Shown one piece after another: positions 28,648 to 38,899 of a stretch of 64,000 bases of DNA. The DNA lies in assembly GCA_963772365.1 (NCBI GenBank), contig CAVYXA010000001.1, positions 1,472,001 to 1,536,000 of the forward strand, given 5' to 3'. The translations under genes and the position numbers were made by a program. Numbering within the stretch: the first letter of the stretch is position 1; every line of letters starts with the position of its first letter. The notes under the pieces are model-generated. The model saw nothing but the letters and a program-made list of their open reading frames with translations. It had not been told where the DNA came from and made no database searches. This DNA is from an uncultured Verrucomicrobiae bacterium (GTDB lineage Bacteria; Verrucomicrobiota; Verrucomicrobiia; Chthoniobacterales; UBA10450).

Positions 28648-31063
28648 ATGAACGACATTCGCTTCGCCTTTCGCAAACTTCTACAATCTCCCGGCTTCAC
28701 CTCGATCGCATTACTCACGCTGGCATTGGGGATCGGGCTCAACACGGCCATCTTCAGCCTGGTTAATGACTTGTTCCTGCGCGGCCTGCCGTTTCGAGAA
28801 CCGGCGCGCGTCCTCCACGTCTTTTCCCATTTCAAAGATCAGCGAGTTGATTTTCCATTGTCAGCACCGCGGTTCATGCATTTTCGCGACGGTCAAACCA
28901 TCTTTGATGGATTTGCCGCTGAAAACGGGCTCGCGGCCACGGTGACCGGATTGGGCGATCCATTCCAGGTTCCGATTTTCAAGGCGACTGCAAATTATTT
29001 TGATGTGCTTGGCGTGCGAGCAATCCGTGGTCGGACGTTCTTGCCTCAGGAAGAGGAAGGGGCCGATGTCGCGATTATCACCGAGCGGTTTTGGAAATCG
29101 CGACTTGGCAGCGATCCAAATGTAATCGGGCGTGGTCTCACTCTGGATGGAGTATCGCACACGATCGTCGGCGTGATACCCACTTTGCCAGTCTCGTGGA
29201 CAGGACCGAACGCCGATATCTGGACGACAAAGCCATTCGTGATCGCAGGATTTTCCTACGAACGGATGATGCGGGGCACCGCGTTTCTCCGGGCAGTTGG
29301 CCGCTTAAAGCCTGGCGTTTCCGTCAAACAAGCGCGCGCCGCGCTGCAATTACTCGAAAACAGTTACCGCGCCCAGCATCCGGAGAAGATCGACGCCAAA
29401 TCTACCACGGTGGTAAAAACTTTACCGGAAGATGTAACCGAAAATCTCCGACCGGGCTTTGCCATATTATTTGCGGCGGTGACGTTTGTTTTGCTGATCG
29501 CGTGCAGCAATGTCGCCAATCTCTTGCTTGTTCGGTTCACCGGGCGCCGTCGTGAAATTTCACTTCGAATGGCCCTGGGCGCGACGCGCGCCAGCGTGCT
29601 GCGTTTGTTTGTTTTCGAAAGCGTGCTGATCAGTTTGCTCGCTGGAATTCTCGGTGCGGTGCTCGCGTGGCAGCTCGTGCCGCTGCTGCCAAGGCTTGCC
29701 GCAAATTTTCTTCCGATCGAAGCGGGAAGTGCCACGGCGATTTCACTTCCTGTCCTCGGCTTTACAATCGCGCTCTCAGTTCTCACCGGTCTGGGAATGG
29801 GAGTCTATCCCGCGTTGCAAAGTTCGCGGGCTGACATTGTCGATGCACTAAAGGAAGGTGGCCGCGGTACCGCTGGGAGCGTGCGTCAACAGCGCTTCCG
29901 CAAGGTGTTGGTCGGCGCCCAAGTGGCGCTTTCCGTGATGCTACTCGGCGGTGCGTCGCTGCTTATCGCAAGCTTTGTGCGACTAAATCATCAGGATCCC
30001 GGCTTCAAATTCGAAAATCTCTGGACGTGTTTCACCGGTACTGCCGCAAGCGCAATATCCAGATGAAGCGACACGCAGCCGATTCGCCGACCAATTGACG
30101 AAGACATTGGGCGCAACAGCTGGCCTGCAAGAAGCGACGATTAGCACCAGTATTCCGCTCAATGGAGGCGCCGGCGCGACGCTCTACACGCGTCCCGAAG
30201 GGAACGTGCCTCCTGTGCCTGAACGCAATGGCGCGCCTTCCAATGACATCCCTCCGGGATGGCTGCGCACACTTGGCATTCCGCTGCTTGCCGGTCGTAA
30301 CTTTAACGAGCAGGACGTCGCAGATCACCCCAATGTAATTCTCATCAGCGCTTCTGGAGCGAAGACTGTGTTTGGAAACGAAAATCCGATTGGAAAAACT
30401 TTGCTCATCACCAGTGGCAGCGTCCCGGTCGAGATCGTCGGTATCGTTGGCGATGTGCGCTCTGTGCGACTCGATCAGCACAATGATATGGAATTTTACC
30501 GGCCCCTCGCGCAGGAGAACTTCCCATTTCTCTCCATCACGGTGCGCAGTTCCTTGCCCCCGGATACGGTGACAAAAACTGTGCAGGCGGCATTGCGCAC
30601 GATCGACCCAAATCTTGCGCTCATTTTGCCGCAACCGGTCAAAGAGATCATGAGGCAAGCGCTCGGCCAGGCGAAATTGATGATGGTCCTGCTGGGAGTT
30701 TTCGCCGGTGTCGCGCTTCTCCTCGCCACCGTCGGGATCTATGGCGCCGTGGCTTATACTGTTGAACAACGCACGGGCGAGATCGGTGTTCGCATGGCGC
30801 TGGGTGCGCAAACGCGCGACGTCCTCCGCCTTATTGTGAATCAGGGAATGAAGCCGGTCGTTATTGGATTGGGGATTGGAATTGTCTGTGCGTTCGCCAT
30901 CGGGCGATTAATCGGGTCGCAGCTCTATCAAGTCTCCGATCACAACCCCGCTTTGCTCGCTGGCGCGACACTTCTGCTTGCGGTCGCTGCCTTGCTCGCA
31001 TGTTTGTTACCGGCCCGGCGCGCCACGCTTGTCGATCCAGTACACGCGTTGCGCGCTGAATAA
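28648..31063 (+). CDS. ABC transporter permease (ADOP type) 5; frameshift near 30040
   Basis: ORFs 28480-30066 and 30095-31063 are the two halves. Start MNDIRFAFRKL at 28648. Confidence 0.88.
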
Positions 31064-31073
31064 TTCTTCAGCA

Positions 31074-32153
31074 TCACAATACGCATCGAACTGCCACTTC
31101 GATCTCGGCGGTTTGGGGAAACATGTCGAGTGGAGTCACGGAATCGATCGCGAAAGGTTCACTCAACTCTTTCAAATCGCGCGCCAAAGTGGACGGATTG
31201 CAGGAAACATAAATCAATGTCTGCGGTGCAAGATCGACAATCGCTTTTCGGACGTTTGAGCTGAGTCCGGTTGCCGGAGGATCGACAATGAGCGTGGAGA
31301 GCGGTTGTTGCGCCTTCGGCGATTTTTTTAGCATCGTCTTCGGAGAAGCCGATCCACCTAGCTCTCTTTCAATGTCGCCAGCGATGTAAGTTTCTTTCTC
31401 AGTCGCGTTTTGTTTGGCTGCGGCAATGGCGAATCTGTCCCAATCGATTCCCACGATGCGCTCGAATTTGTTCAGTAGCGCCTTGGCAAAAAACCCGGCG
31501 CCGCAATATGCATCGATCAGTAACTCCTGATTCGGCGCAACAAGATCGACAACCAAATCACGCAATGCGTTTGCGACAGCATCATTCGCCTGCGAGAAAA
31601 CGCGCCGTCCCGTTGAAGCGCGCAATGTATAATGCCCTTCGCGAGGATTCTGCGAACGCAATTCCGCTAACGCGCGATTGACTTCGTTCATCGAAATCGG
31701 GCAGCGCTCGATGTCGATCAATCGATGCGAATCGCGCCGATAAAATCCGATCACGCCATCCTGCACATGGACCGTGATTCGGTTTCGATAACCATATTGT
31801 TCGGGCGATGGGATGATCGGACGCATCGGCGGATTGTCGATCTTGCCAATGCGCCGGAGAACATCGCGGACCTGGCGCCATTTGACGGCTAACTGATGCT
31901 CGTAATCGATATATTGATAGGCGCAGCCGCCGCATCGACCGAAGTACGGACAAAGCGCTTCAACCCGATGTGGCGAAGATTGTTTAACGGCGACGAGGTC
32001 AGCTTCAGCGAATTGCTTTTTTTCACGGACGATCTCGGCCGAAACCAATTCGCCCTCGATGACATAGGGAACGAAAACGGCTTTTCCAGTTTCGCGGCCG
32101 ACGCCTTTCCCGCCGAAAGCGATGTCTTCAATGTTAAGATCGACAACGCGCAT
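31074..32153 (-). CDS. TRAM-domain RNA uracil-C5 methyltransferase (RlmD/TrmA family)
   Basis: CPYFGRCGGC Fe-S motif, IDAYCGAGFF, VDPP, YVSCNPSTLARD, DMFPQTAEIE. Confidence 0.9.
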   Translation of the reverse strand: MRVVDLNIEDIAFGGKGVGRETGKAVFVPYVIEGELVSAEIVREKKQFAEADLVAVKQSSPHRVEALCPYFGRCGGCAYQYIDYEHQLAVKWRQVRDVLRRIGKIDNPPMRPIIPSPEQYGYRNRITVHVQDGVIGFYRRDSHRLIDIERCPISMNEVNRALAELRSQNPREGHYTLRASTGRRVFSQANDAVANALRDLVVDLVAPNQELLIDAYCGAGFFAKALLNKFERIVGIDWDRFAIAAAKQNATEKETYIAGDIERELGGSASPKTMLKKSPKAQQPLSTLIVDPPATGLSSNVRKAIVDLAPQTLIYVSCNPSTLARDLKELSEPFAIDSVTPLDMFPQTAEIEVAVRCVL

Positions 32154-32211
32154 TGAAGACGTGATTCGACATTGGCTGCATCGTTAGATCGGAAAACTCG
32201 TAGGAGAGCTG

Positions 32212-34242
32212 CTAGGAAACAGCCGCTCCTTCCAGCGCACGTTCAATGGCGGCTTCGAGTTTTTCCAGCTTCACCGGTTTGACCAGATGCTGGGAGAAAC
32301 CGGCCTGCAAACTTTTTTCGATGTCGCCATTGTTCCCGAAGCCACTGATGGCAAGAGCCGGCATCTGAGAAATGGCGCGCAGCTGCATGAAAAGATCGAT
32401 GCCAGTACCATCAGGCAAAGAAATATCGCTGATCAACAAATCAAATTGATTACGTACGGCAGCTTCCATGGCTGTGCGAACGTTGTGGGTTGCAGCGACC
32501 AAATGGCCGCGCCGAATCAGTAATTTTTCCAGTGCTTCACAGGTGTCATGATGATCGTCGACTAGCAATATGCGAAGCCCATGCCGCGGGCTGCTTGTCG
32601 GTTTGGCCTCCCGTGGAATCAGATTTTGCGGAGGTGAAATTGTTTCCATCGCCAGTGTAAATGTCGATCCTTGATTGCGGCCTTCGCTCCGGGCCGTGAG
32701 CGTGCCACCGTGCGCCTGGGCCAGCGATTTTGAAATAGCAAGACCGAGACCGAGCCCGCCGAAACCGCGCTCGACCGATCGATTCCCCTGCTCAAATGGA
32801 TCAAAAATTCGCTTCATCAGATCGGGCTCGATTCCGACGCCGCTATCGCGCACGGTAATGTTCAGAATTCCCGACGCCGGATTGAAGGATGAGATCGCTA
32901 TCTCGCCGTTTTCGGGAGTGAACTTGATTGCGTTCTTGAGGAGGTTCCACACAATTTGCTGTAACTTCGCTGCATCCGCGCACACCGTATGAGCACCGGC
33001 CCGCAGGTTCGCGTGGATGCGGATGTTCTTGGCGTCCGCTTCCGGACGACAAATCTCGATCACGTTGTGAACGGCGCAGTGAACATCGACCGGGTCGAAC
33101 TGCAATTGCAATTTGTCTTTTGCAATCCGGGTAAGATCGAGAAGATCGTCAATGAGCTGACTCTCCAATTCGACGTTGCGCCGGATCATGGCCAGCGCGC
33201 GATTCGATTCGTCCGTGCTCAGCGGACCTGTTTCGAGAGTGTCGACTGCAGTGATCACAGGAGTGAGCGGCGTTCGCAACTCGTGGGAGAGCATCGCGAG
33301 AAAATTGTCTTTGGTGCGGTTGGCGGCCTCTACGATCGCTTTCTGCTCCTGAAGGGCTGATTCAAATCGGCGACGCTGCGTCATCGCCGCAGCCAGGGCC
33401 AGAGCGGTGATCGCGAGGATCGCAGTCCGCATTTGCAGGATGAGCAGCGACTGGTTCTCCGTTTGCAAAACGAACGGGCCTCTCCCCTGCAGAGTTCCCC
33501 AAATGGCAAAGCTGACGAGCACGAATATTCCGGTCGCCGCCTCGCGGGGCGTAAAACGAAACGCCAGCCAAACTACAAACGGACCGTAGAGAAACGAAAT
33601 CGGATAATTTTTCGCGCTGATCGGGAACCACCCGCCAAAACTAATTTCAGCCAGCACGATCAAAGCGAGGAAGAGAGCGCTCACCTCGGCAATTTCACTG
33701 CGCGTCCATTTCCGCACCGAGTCACTGCACCAAAGCACAATCAAAGGCGCGATGATGAGATCGCCTGTCAGATCTCCCTGCCACCACGTGAGCCAGACGG
33801 GGGAAAAATTGCTCCAAGAAGCAAAACCGCCGAGTGCCAGACTTGTTATGCCGATCGTTGGGCTGACCAGAGTGCTGATTGCGGCGGCGACCGAGAACTT
33901 GAAGACATTCGCGGCGTTGTCGAACGCCTCGATTCCGCCGGCGAATCGATTGACCAGCCATGCGCCGCAAAATGCTTCGAGAGTATTGCCCGTCGCGATC
34001 CCGAGCGAGGTCGCGATGTTTCCGGCGGTCAATAAATTGACCAGAAATGCGGCGGCAAAGATTCCCGGCCAGATCCGATTGCCTAACAAAAGCAATGAAG
34101 CCAAAGCAATACCGGCCGGCGGCCACACCGGCGACGCGCTTTGGTGCAGCGAGGCGAACGTCAGCCCGAACTTACCTGCGGCAAAGTAGATTAGTGCGAC
34201 GATGCAGACCGCAGGTAACGTGGAGATACGTCGCACTTGCAT
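32212..34242 (-). CDS. MASE1-domain hybrid sensor histidine kinase / receiver
   Basis: SPVWPPAGIAL (MASE1), FLAMLSHELRTPL, NLLKNAIKFT, GLGLGL, C-terminal receiver with LLISDISLPDG. Confidence 0.92.
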   Translation of the reverse strand: MQVRRISTLPAVCIVALIYFAAGKFGLTFASLHQSASPVWPPAGIALASLLLLGNRIWPGIFAAAFLVNLLTAGNIATSLGIATGNTLEAFCGAWLVNRFAGGIEAFDNAANVFKFSVAAAISTLVSPTIGITSLALGGFASWSNFSPVWLTWWQGDLTGDLIIAPLIVLWCSDSVRKWTRSEIAEVSALFLALIVLAEISFGGWFPISAKNYPISFLYGPFVVWLAFRFTPREAATGIFVLVSFAIWGTLQGRGPFVLQTENQSLLILQMRTAILAITALALAAAMTQRRRFESALQEQKAIVEAANRTKDNFLAMLSHELRTPLTPVITAVDTLETGPLSTDESNRALAMIRRNVELESQLIDDLLDLTRIAKDKLQLQFDPVDVHCAVHNVIEICRPEADAKNIRIHANLRAGAHTVCADAAKLQQIVWNLLKNAIKFTPENGEIAISSFNPASGILNITVRDSGVGIEPDLMKRIFDPFEQGNRSVERGFGGLGLGLAISKSLAQAHGGTLTARSEGRNQGSTFTLAMETISPPQNLIPREAKPTSSPRHGLRILLVDDHHDTCEALEKLLIRRGHLVAATHNVRTAMEAAVRNQFDLLISDISLPDGTGIDLFMQLRAISQMPALAISGFGNNGDIEKSLQAGFSQHLVKPVKLEKLEAAIERALEGAAVS

Positions 34243-34390
34243 GGACAGGAGCCAGTTGCGAACCGACTACCCTCTACATGGCTATTGGCCCTCGTCAACA
34301 GGGGCGCAGGGAATACTGGACCAGTTCAGGGATTGTCACCTTGAATGACGAGAGCCCAAGTCGGAACAGATCAGGTGTCGCCGGACAATC

Positions 34391-34795
34391 TTAATAGTCC
34401 CGCACCCACGGATATTTCGTCTCGTTACCTAACTCAGGCGGAAACTCCGAATAGCCCGCATGGATGTAGGGAATATCTGGTCGGAGGACGGGATAATACG
34501 TCCCATGATAGGTTGGGAACGGGAACGTCAGGATTTCATAGAAGCCAAGCATGCGCCGCCAGGTCGCTCGGCCAACACCACGGACGACTCCGTATCCTGC
34601 GGCAGCGGAATTGCCCTCATTCGTATTCACGGTTGTGACGGTCACGAAGACTTCCGCCGGGGCCAGAAAGAAATTCGACAGGCCACGTCCCAGTTTGCGG
34701 GTCGGGCCGTAATCGTTTGCCGGAGGATCCTGTATGTCCGCCAGCACGGGGCTGATCAAAAGTGCAAAAACAGCGACAACAGTGAACTTTTTCAT
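34391..34795 (-). CDS. Exported protein of the TIGR04073 (exosortase-associated) type
   Basis: Signal peptide, then PTRKLGRGLSN...GVVRGVGRATWRRMLGFYEILTFPFP. Confidence 0.65.
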   Translation of the reverse strand: MKKFTVVAVFALLISPVLADIQDPPANDYGPTRKLGRGLSNFFLAPAEVFVTVTTVNTNEGNSAAAGYGVVRGVGRATWRRMLGFYEILTFPFPTYHGTYYPVLRPDIPYIHAGYSEFPPELGNETKYPWVRDY

Positions 34796-34843
34796 CCGTG
34801 TACCGCCAGCTAAACAACTCTGAATAAGAAAGGCAACAGTTTT

Positions 34844-35797
34844 TCATTGTCGATTTTCAATTGGACCTCTCCTGTGGGTTACGGCCATGGAAATAATGAT
34901 CGTGACAGCAAGGATAACGAGAATGATGACTAGAGAAAGACCCGTAGGAATTGGGAAATGATCAGCCACAATCATCTTGATGCCGATGAACCCCAGAACA
35001 AGGGCCAGTCCCGTCCTCAAGTAGATGAATCGATCCATCACATGGGCCAAAAGAAAATAAAGCGAACGCAAGCCCAGAATGGCGCAAATATTAGACGTAT
35101 AGACGATAAAGGGATCGCGGGTGATGGCGAAGATGGCGGGAATCGAATCGATCGCGAACATCAGATCGGTCAGCTCGATCACGAGCATGGCCAAAGCGAG
35201 CCGGGTGAGCATCCAGCGGCCGTTGACCCTCACTTTGAAATGCTCGCCGTGAAATTCGTGAGTGACCGGCAGCATCCGGCGGGAGAATCGCATGATCCCT
35301 GTTTCACCAAATTCACCGGCCGAATGTTTTTGAAAAAACATGCGGAAGGCAGTGAACAACAGAAAAATCCCAAATAGATAGAGTATGAAATGAAAGCGTT
35401 GCACCAGGGCGATCCCGCAAATGATGAGCACACCCCGCATCAGCAATGCGCCCAGGATGCCCCAGACCAGGACACGGTGCTGAGCGTGACGAGGCACTTG
35501 GAAATAAGAAAAAATGAGGACGAAAACGAAGATGTTGTCGGCGCTGAGCGAATACTCAATGAGATAGCCGGCCAGGAAATCGATCGCGTGATCGAGTCCT
35601 TTAACACGCCAGACGAGCAGATCGAAAGCAAGCGACACCAGTACCCAGAGCAACGTCCTCCGCGCTGCCGCGGTCATGCTCAGCTCGCGTTGGCGGCGTT
35701 TGAACGTGACGAGGTCGACCCCGATCGCGATAAAGACGCCAACGTGAAAGGCGAGCCAGAACCAAATACTCGTGGACACTGGCCGTGACATTTTCAT
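34844..35797 (-). CDS. terC: TerC/Alx-family membrane protein
   Basis: GYLIEYSLSADNIFVF, IELTDLMFAIDSIPAI, YTSNICAILGLRSLYF. Confidence 0.92.
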   Translation of the reverse strand: MKMSRPVSTSIWFWLAFHVGVFIAIGVDLVTFKRRQRELSMTAAARRTLLWVLVSLAFDLLVWRVKGLDHAIDFLAGYLIEYSLSADNIFVFVLIFSYFQVPRHAQHRVLVWGILGALLMRGVLIICGIALVQRFHFILYLFGIFLLFTAFRMFFQKHSAGEFGETGIMRFSRRMLPVTHEFHGEHFKVRVNGRWMLTRLALAMLVIELTDLMFAIDSIPAIFAITRDPFIVYTSNICAILGLRSLYFLLAHVMDRFIYLRTGLALVLGFIGIKMIVADHFPIPTGLSLVIILVILAVTIIISMAVTHRRGPIENRQ

Positions 35798-35902
35798 GCC
35801 AGATCACTAACGGCAACTCCGAAAGTCTTCGTGAGCAAAGTCGCAAATTGCGCGCGCAGCTTCTCCGACCTATAAGTCAAAGGAACATATACGACCCGAT
35901 AA

Positions 35903-37792
35903 ATGGACATCGAACTGCAAAAGCTGATCGAAGCAGGAAAACTCGCGCCGCAATCTGCCCTGCAGCTGGACAAACTGAAGCCGGCAACCTTTTGTCTGCA
36001 CAAGAGCTGGGGATTTGGTCGGATCGCCGAGTGGAATCTTCTGCTCAATCAAATCGTCATCGATTTCGTCGGGAAAAAAGGACATCCGATGCAACTGCAA
36101 TATGCGGCGGACAACCTGACCCCGATTCCTCCGGAACATTTCCTCGCGCGCAGGGCGACCGATTTGGCCTCCGTCAAAAAGCTCGCCAAAGAAGATCCTG
36201 TCGCGCTCGTGCGCAACATTCTGGAAAGCCTGGATGGTCAGGCCACGCCGCAGCAAATCAGCGAATGGATGATTGGCGATCTGTTTACCGAAGCGGAATG
36301 GAAGCGCTGGTGGGAATCGACCAAGAAACAGCTCAAGACTAGCGGCACGTTTTCCATTCCCGCAAAAAAGAGCGAGCCGATCCAGTTGCGAGGCGAAGGC
36401 GTGTCGCACGCCGATGAACTGATTACTGCATTCCACCAGGCTCGACAGCCGCGGCAACAAATCGCTGCCGTCGATCAGATGGTAAAATCTCATCAGCAAT
36501 TCAAAGAACCCGAAAAGCAATTGCAGCCCGTCATTGCCGCGATCGAGAACGTGGCCGCTCGGAACCAGAAAATGCATCCCGAGATTTCTTTCGAATTGGT
36601 CCTTGGCCGGGACGATCTGCTCAAGCAATTTCCGCAACTTCATACGACGCACGTCGGTCTGACTCTGGGAAAATTGATCGGAGATGAGGAGAAACGGCTG
36701 GTCACGATCCTGCCAAAGTTGTCGGCTGCGAAAGAAAAGCTCGTCTTGCAGGCGTTACCGTCCGCGCTGGGGGAACGATGGAGCGCACGGGCGTTGCAAT
36801 TGATGCAGGCAACTCATGGACGCATGGTGGCCCAGATTCCGCGCGTTTTCAGCGATGCGGGCCGTCATGAGGAATTACGGACGGCGTTGGATCGCAGCAT
36901 TCGCGAGCATTCCGCCACCAGCGAAATGCTGGTCTGGCTCTCTTCCGAACGCGAGGATTGGCCGGATTTGATCAGTCCCGAATTGCTGGCTGCGATTTTA
37001 TCCGCGATTGAGCGCGAACAACATCGGGCAGTGACCAGTCGCAATAGCAAACTGCAGCGGTTGCTGGTCGATGATCGACAATTGATCGCCGATATTTTCA
37101 AGGAAGCAGACGTCGGAATTGCCCGGGACGCAATGCGACGACTCCAGCTGAGTCATTTATTCGACGAATTGACGAAGCGTTCCTTGCTCGCGCGAATCGT
37201 CAAAATCTTCCCCGACCTCGAGAGTATGATCACGGGTGGTCAGGCGGAGGAAAAGGCCGCGCCGCTGATTGTTTCCTGGAGCAGTTTGCAGAAGCGCAAG
37301 GGAGAATACGAAGAACTGGTCAAAAAGAAGATTCCGGAAAACACGCGGGAAATTTCGATCGCGCGATCGTATGGCGATCTAAGCGAAAACTTCGAATACA
37401 AAGCAGCCAAGCAAATGCAGGCCGTTTTGATGCGTCGCAAGACCGAGCTGGAGCAAATGCTGCATCGAGCGCGCGGAACTTCGTTCCAAGATCCGGATAC
37501 TTCGCGCGTCTCCATCGGCACGGTTGTGACCGTTCAGGACAAAGAGAAAGGCGATAAAGAAACTTACACGATTCTCGGCGCGTGGGACGGCGAACCCGAG
37601 CGCCATATCATCTCATATCAAACGGCGATTGGTCAGGCCCTGCTCGGGCATTCAGCCGGCGAAGTCGTCACTCTGAACACCGACCACGGCGCGAGTGAAT
37701 TCGAAATCGTATCGATTGAGGCCGCGCCGCCAGACCAAGCAACCGCCGACGCCGCCCCGTTAGAGACCGACACCGTAGCAGCCGCAAGCTAA
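35903..37792 (+). CDS. greA: Large GreA/GreB-family transcription elongation factor
   Basis: C-terminal ARSYGDLSENFEYKAAK...ISYQTAIGQALLG with a long helical N-terminal extension, as in PVC-superphylum GreA. Confidence 0.85.
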   Translation: MDIELQKLIEAGKLAPQSALQLDKLKPATFCLHKSWGFGRIAEWNLLLNQIVIDFVGKKGHPMQLQYAADNLTPIPPEHFLARRATDLASVKKLAKEDPVALVRNILESLDGQATPQQISEWMIGDLFTEAEWKRWWESTKKQLKTSGTFSIPAKKSEPIQLRGEGVSHADELITAFHQARQPRQQIAAVDQMVKSHQQFKEPEKQLQPVIAAIENVAARNQKMHPEISFELVLGRDDLLKQFPQLHTTHVGLTLGKLIGDEEKRLVTILPKLSAAKEKLVLQALPSALGERWSARALQLMQATHGRMVAQIPRVFSDAGRHEELRTALDRSIREHSATSEMLVWLSSEREDWPDLISPELLAAILSAIEREQHRAVTSRNSKLQRLLVDDRQLIADIFKEADVGIARDAMRRLQLSHLFDELTKRSLLARIVKIFPDLESMITGGQAEEKAAPLIVSWSSLQKRKGEYEELVKKKIPENTREISIARSYGDLSENFEYKAAKQMQAVLMRRKTELEQMLHRARGTSFQDPDTSRVSIGTVVTVQDKEKGDKETYTILGAWDGEPERHIISYQTAIGQALLGHSAGEVVTLNTDHGASEFEIVSIEAAPPDQATADAAPLETDTVAAAS

Positions 37793-37793
37793 G

Positions 37794-37819
37794 GTGGATC
37801 GTCTTCTCCGAAGACGATG
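37794..37819. repeat. GTGG-type REP-like hairpin / possible terminator after greA
   Basis: GTGG ATCGTCTTC TCC GAAGACGAT G. Confidence 0.45.
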
Positions 37820-37882
37820 GTACAGCAAGCGCCGAAGGCGCTAACTCATTCTCGCGTCGTGCATTCGAACAACGTCGTCTGT

Positions 37883-38164
37883 CTAGCCGGGAGATCGTGT
37901 CGGCGTCGCCGAACAATTCCCTTCATTGTGGTGCCCGTCAGTCGAAGGGAACTCCACCGTTACAGTCGCACCGACGCTTAACTGTCCACTTTTAACTGTG
38001 ATAGACGCGCGGTTAATCGTCCATACATCGGTGCCGACTTGCAGTGTGACTTCACTGTCAGTCAAACTACAGACCGTGCCCGTGAGATTGGTATTTTTTC
38101 CTAACGCAATTCCGCTGAGCAAGCATACGCCAACAAAAACGCTAAGTAAGATTTTGAGTTTCAT
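37883..38164 (-). CDS. Small secreted beta-rich hypothetical protein
   Basis: Signal peptide MKLKILLSVFVGVCLLSGIALG, then TGTVCSLTDSEVTLQ...GQLSVGATVTVEF. Confidence 0.6.
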   Translation of the reverse strand: MKLKILLSVFVGVCLLSGIALGKNTNLTGTVCSLTDSEVTLQVGTDVWTINRASITVKSGQLSVGATVTVEFPSTDGHHNEGNCSATPTRSPG

Positions 38165-38323
38165 GCCGCCATTGAACGACCGGGGATTCGCCCGATGCAA
38201 GCTTTTTGTCGGCACTTCGTTAGACTGCGAAGTTCCCGGAGAAATAGTGGCATTAACCCGGCAAAAGTGCGCCGATCAGAATCGACTTGCCACACCAGTG
38301 ACAAGATCGAGATAATAAGAGAG

Positions 38324-38749
38324 TTGAATAATCATAAGATTCATCATCTCGCCGTCTGGATTCTCGCTGTCATTCATTTTTTTATCGGGCTGGGATGGTA
38401 CGCGCTCTTCGGCGAAGCATGGTTAAATTACAATGCCCGCACGATGACAGACATCGAGCAGCCGCACAGCCCGATCCCGTATCTGATCGCGGCTGCTTCC
38501 GCCATCATTGTCAACTACGCGCTGGCCTGGCTCTTTTCGAAGTTACGCGTTGCCCACGCTCTGACCGGGTTGGCAATCGCACTGATTTGCTGGTTCGCAT
38601 TCCTATTTGTCCAGTACGCCACGATCTCGGTTTTCTCCGCTTTCGAAACCAATCCATGGCCGCTGATCTTGATTAACATGGGCCGACCGTTCCTCGCCTT
38701 TGCCATCAGCGGCATCGTTCTCGGCGCCTGGCGCCGCCGCGAGTTGTAA
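38324..38749 (+). CDS. DUF1761-like small membrane protein
   Basis: LAVWILAVIHFFIGLGWYALFGEAW...LILINMG, four TM segments. Start uncertain (TTG at 38324). Confidence 0.65.
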   Translation: MNNHKIHHLAVWILAVIHFFIGLGWYALFGEAWLNYNARTMTDIEQPHSPIPYLIAAASAIIVNYALAWLFSKLRVAHALTGLAIALICWFAFLFVQYATISVFSAFETNPWPLILINMGRPFLAFAISGIVLGAWRRREL

Positions 38750-38899
38750 ATGAGCGCCACGACTGACTGTCCATAGTTTCTATTTCGCGTTAACCGTTTC
38801 CTTGCATTACGAAAACTTGAAACAGTGGCTGGAAGAATGTCGCCAAACGATGGGACTCCGATAGTTTCCTGTATTCGCGCCTGATATGATGCGCTTTAA

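Noticed and set aside
38803..38863. Possible further orphan gene tail (LHYENLKQWLEECRQTMGLR*)
   Set aside because: I cannot assign it to any family, so it may be chance.
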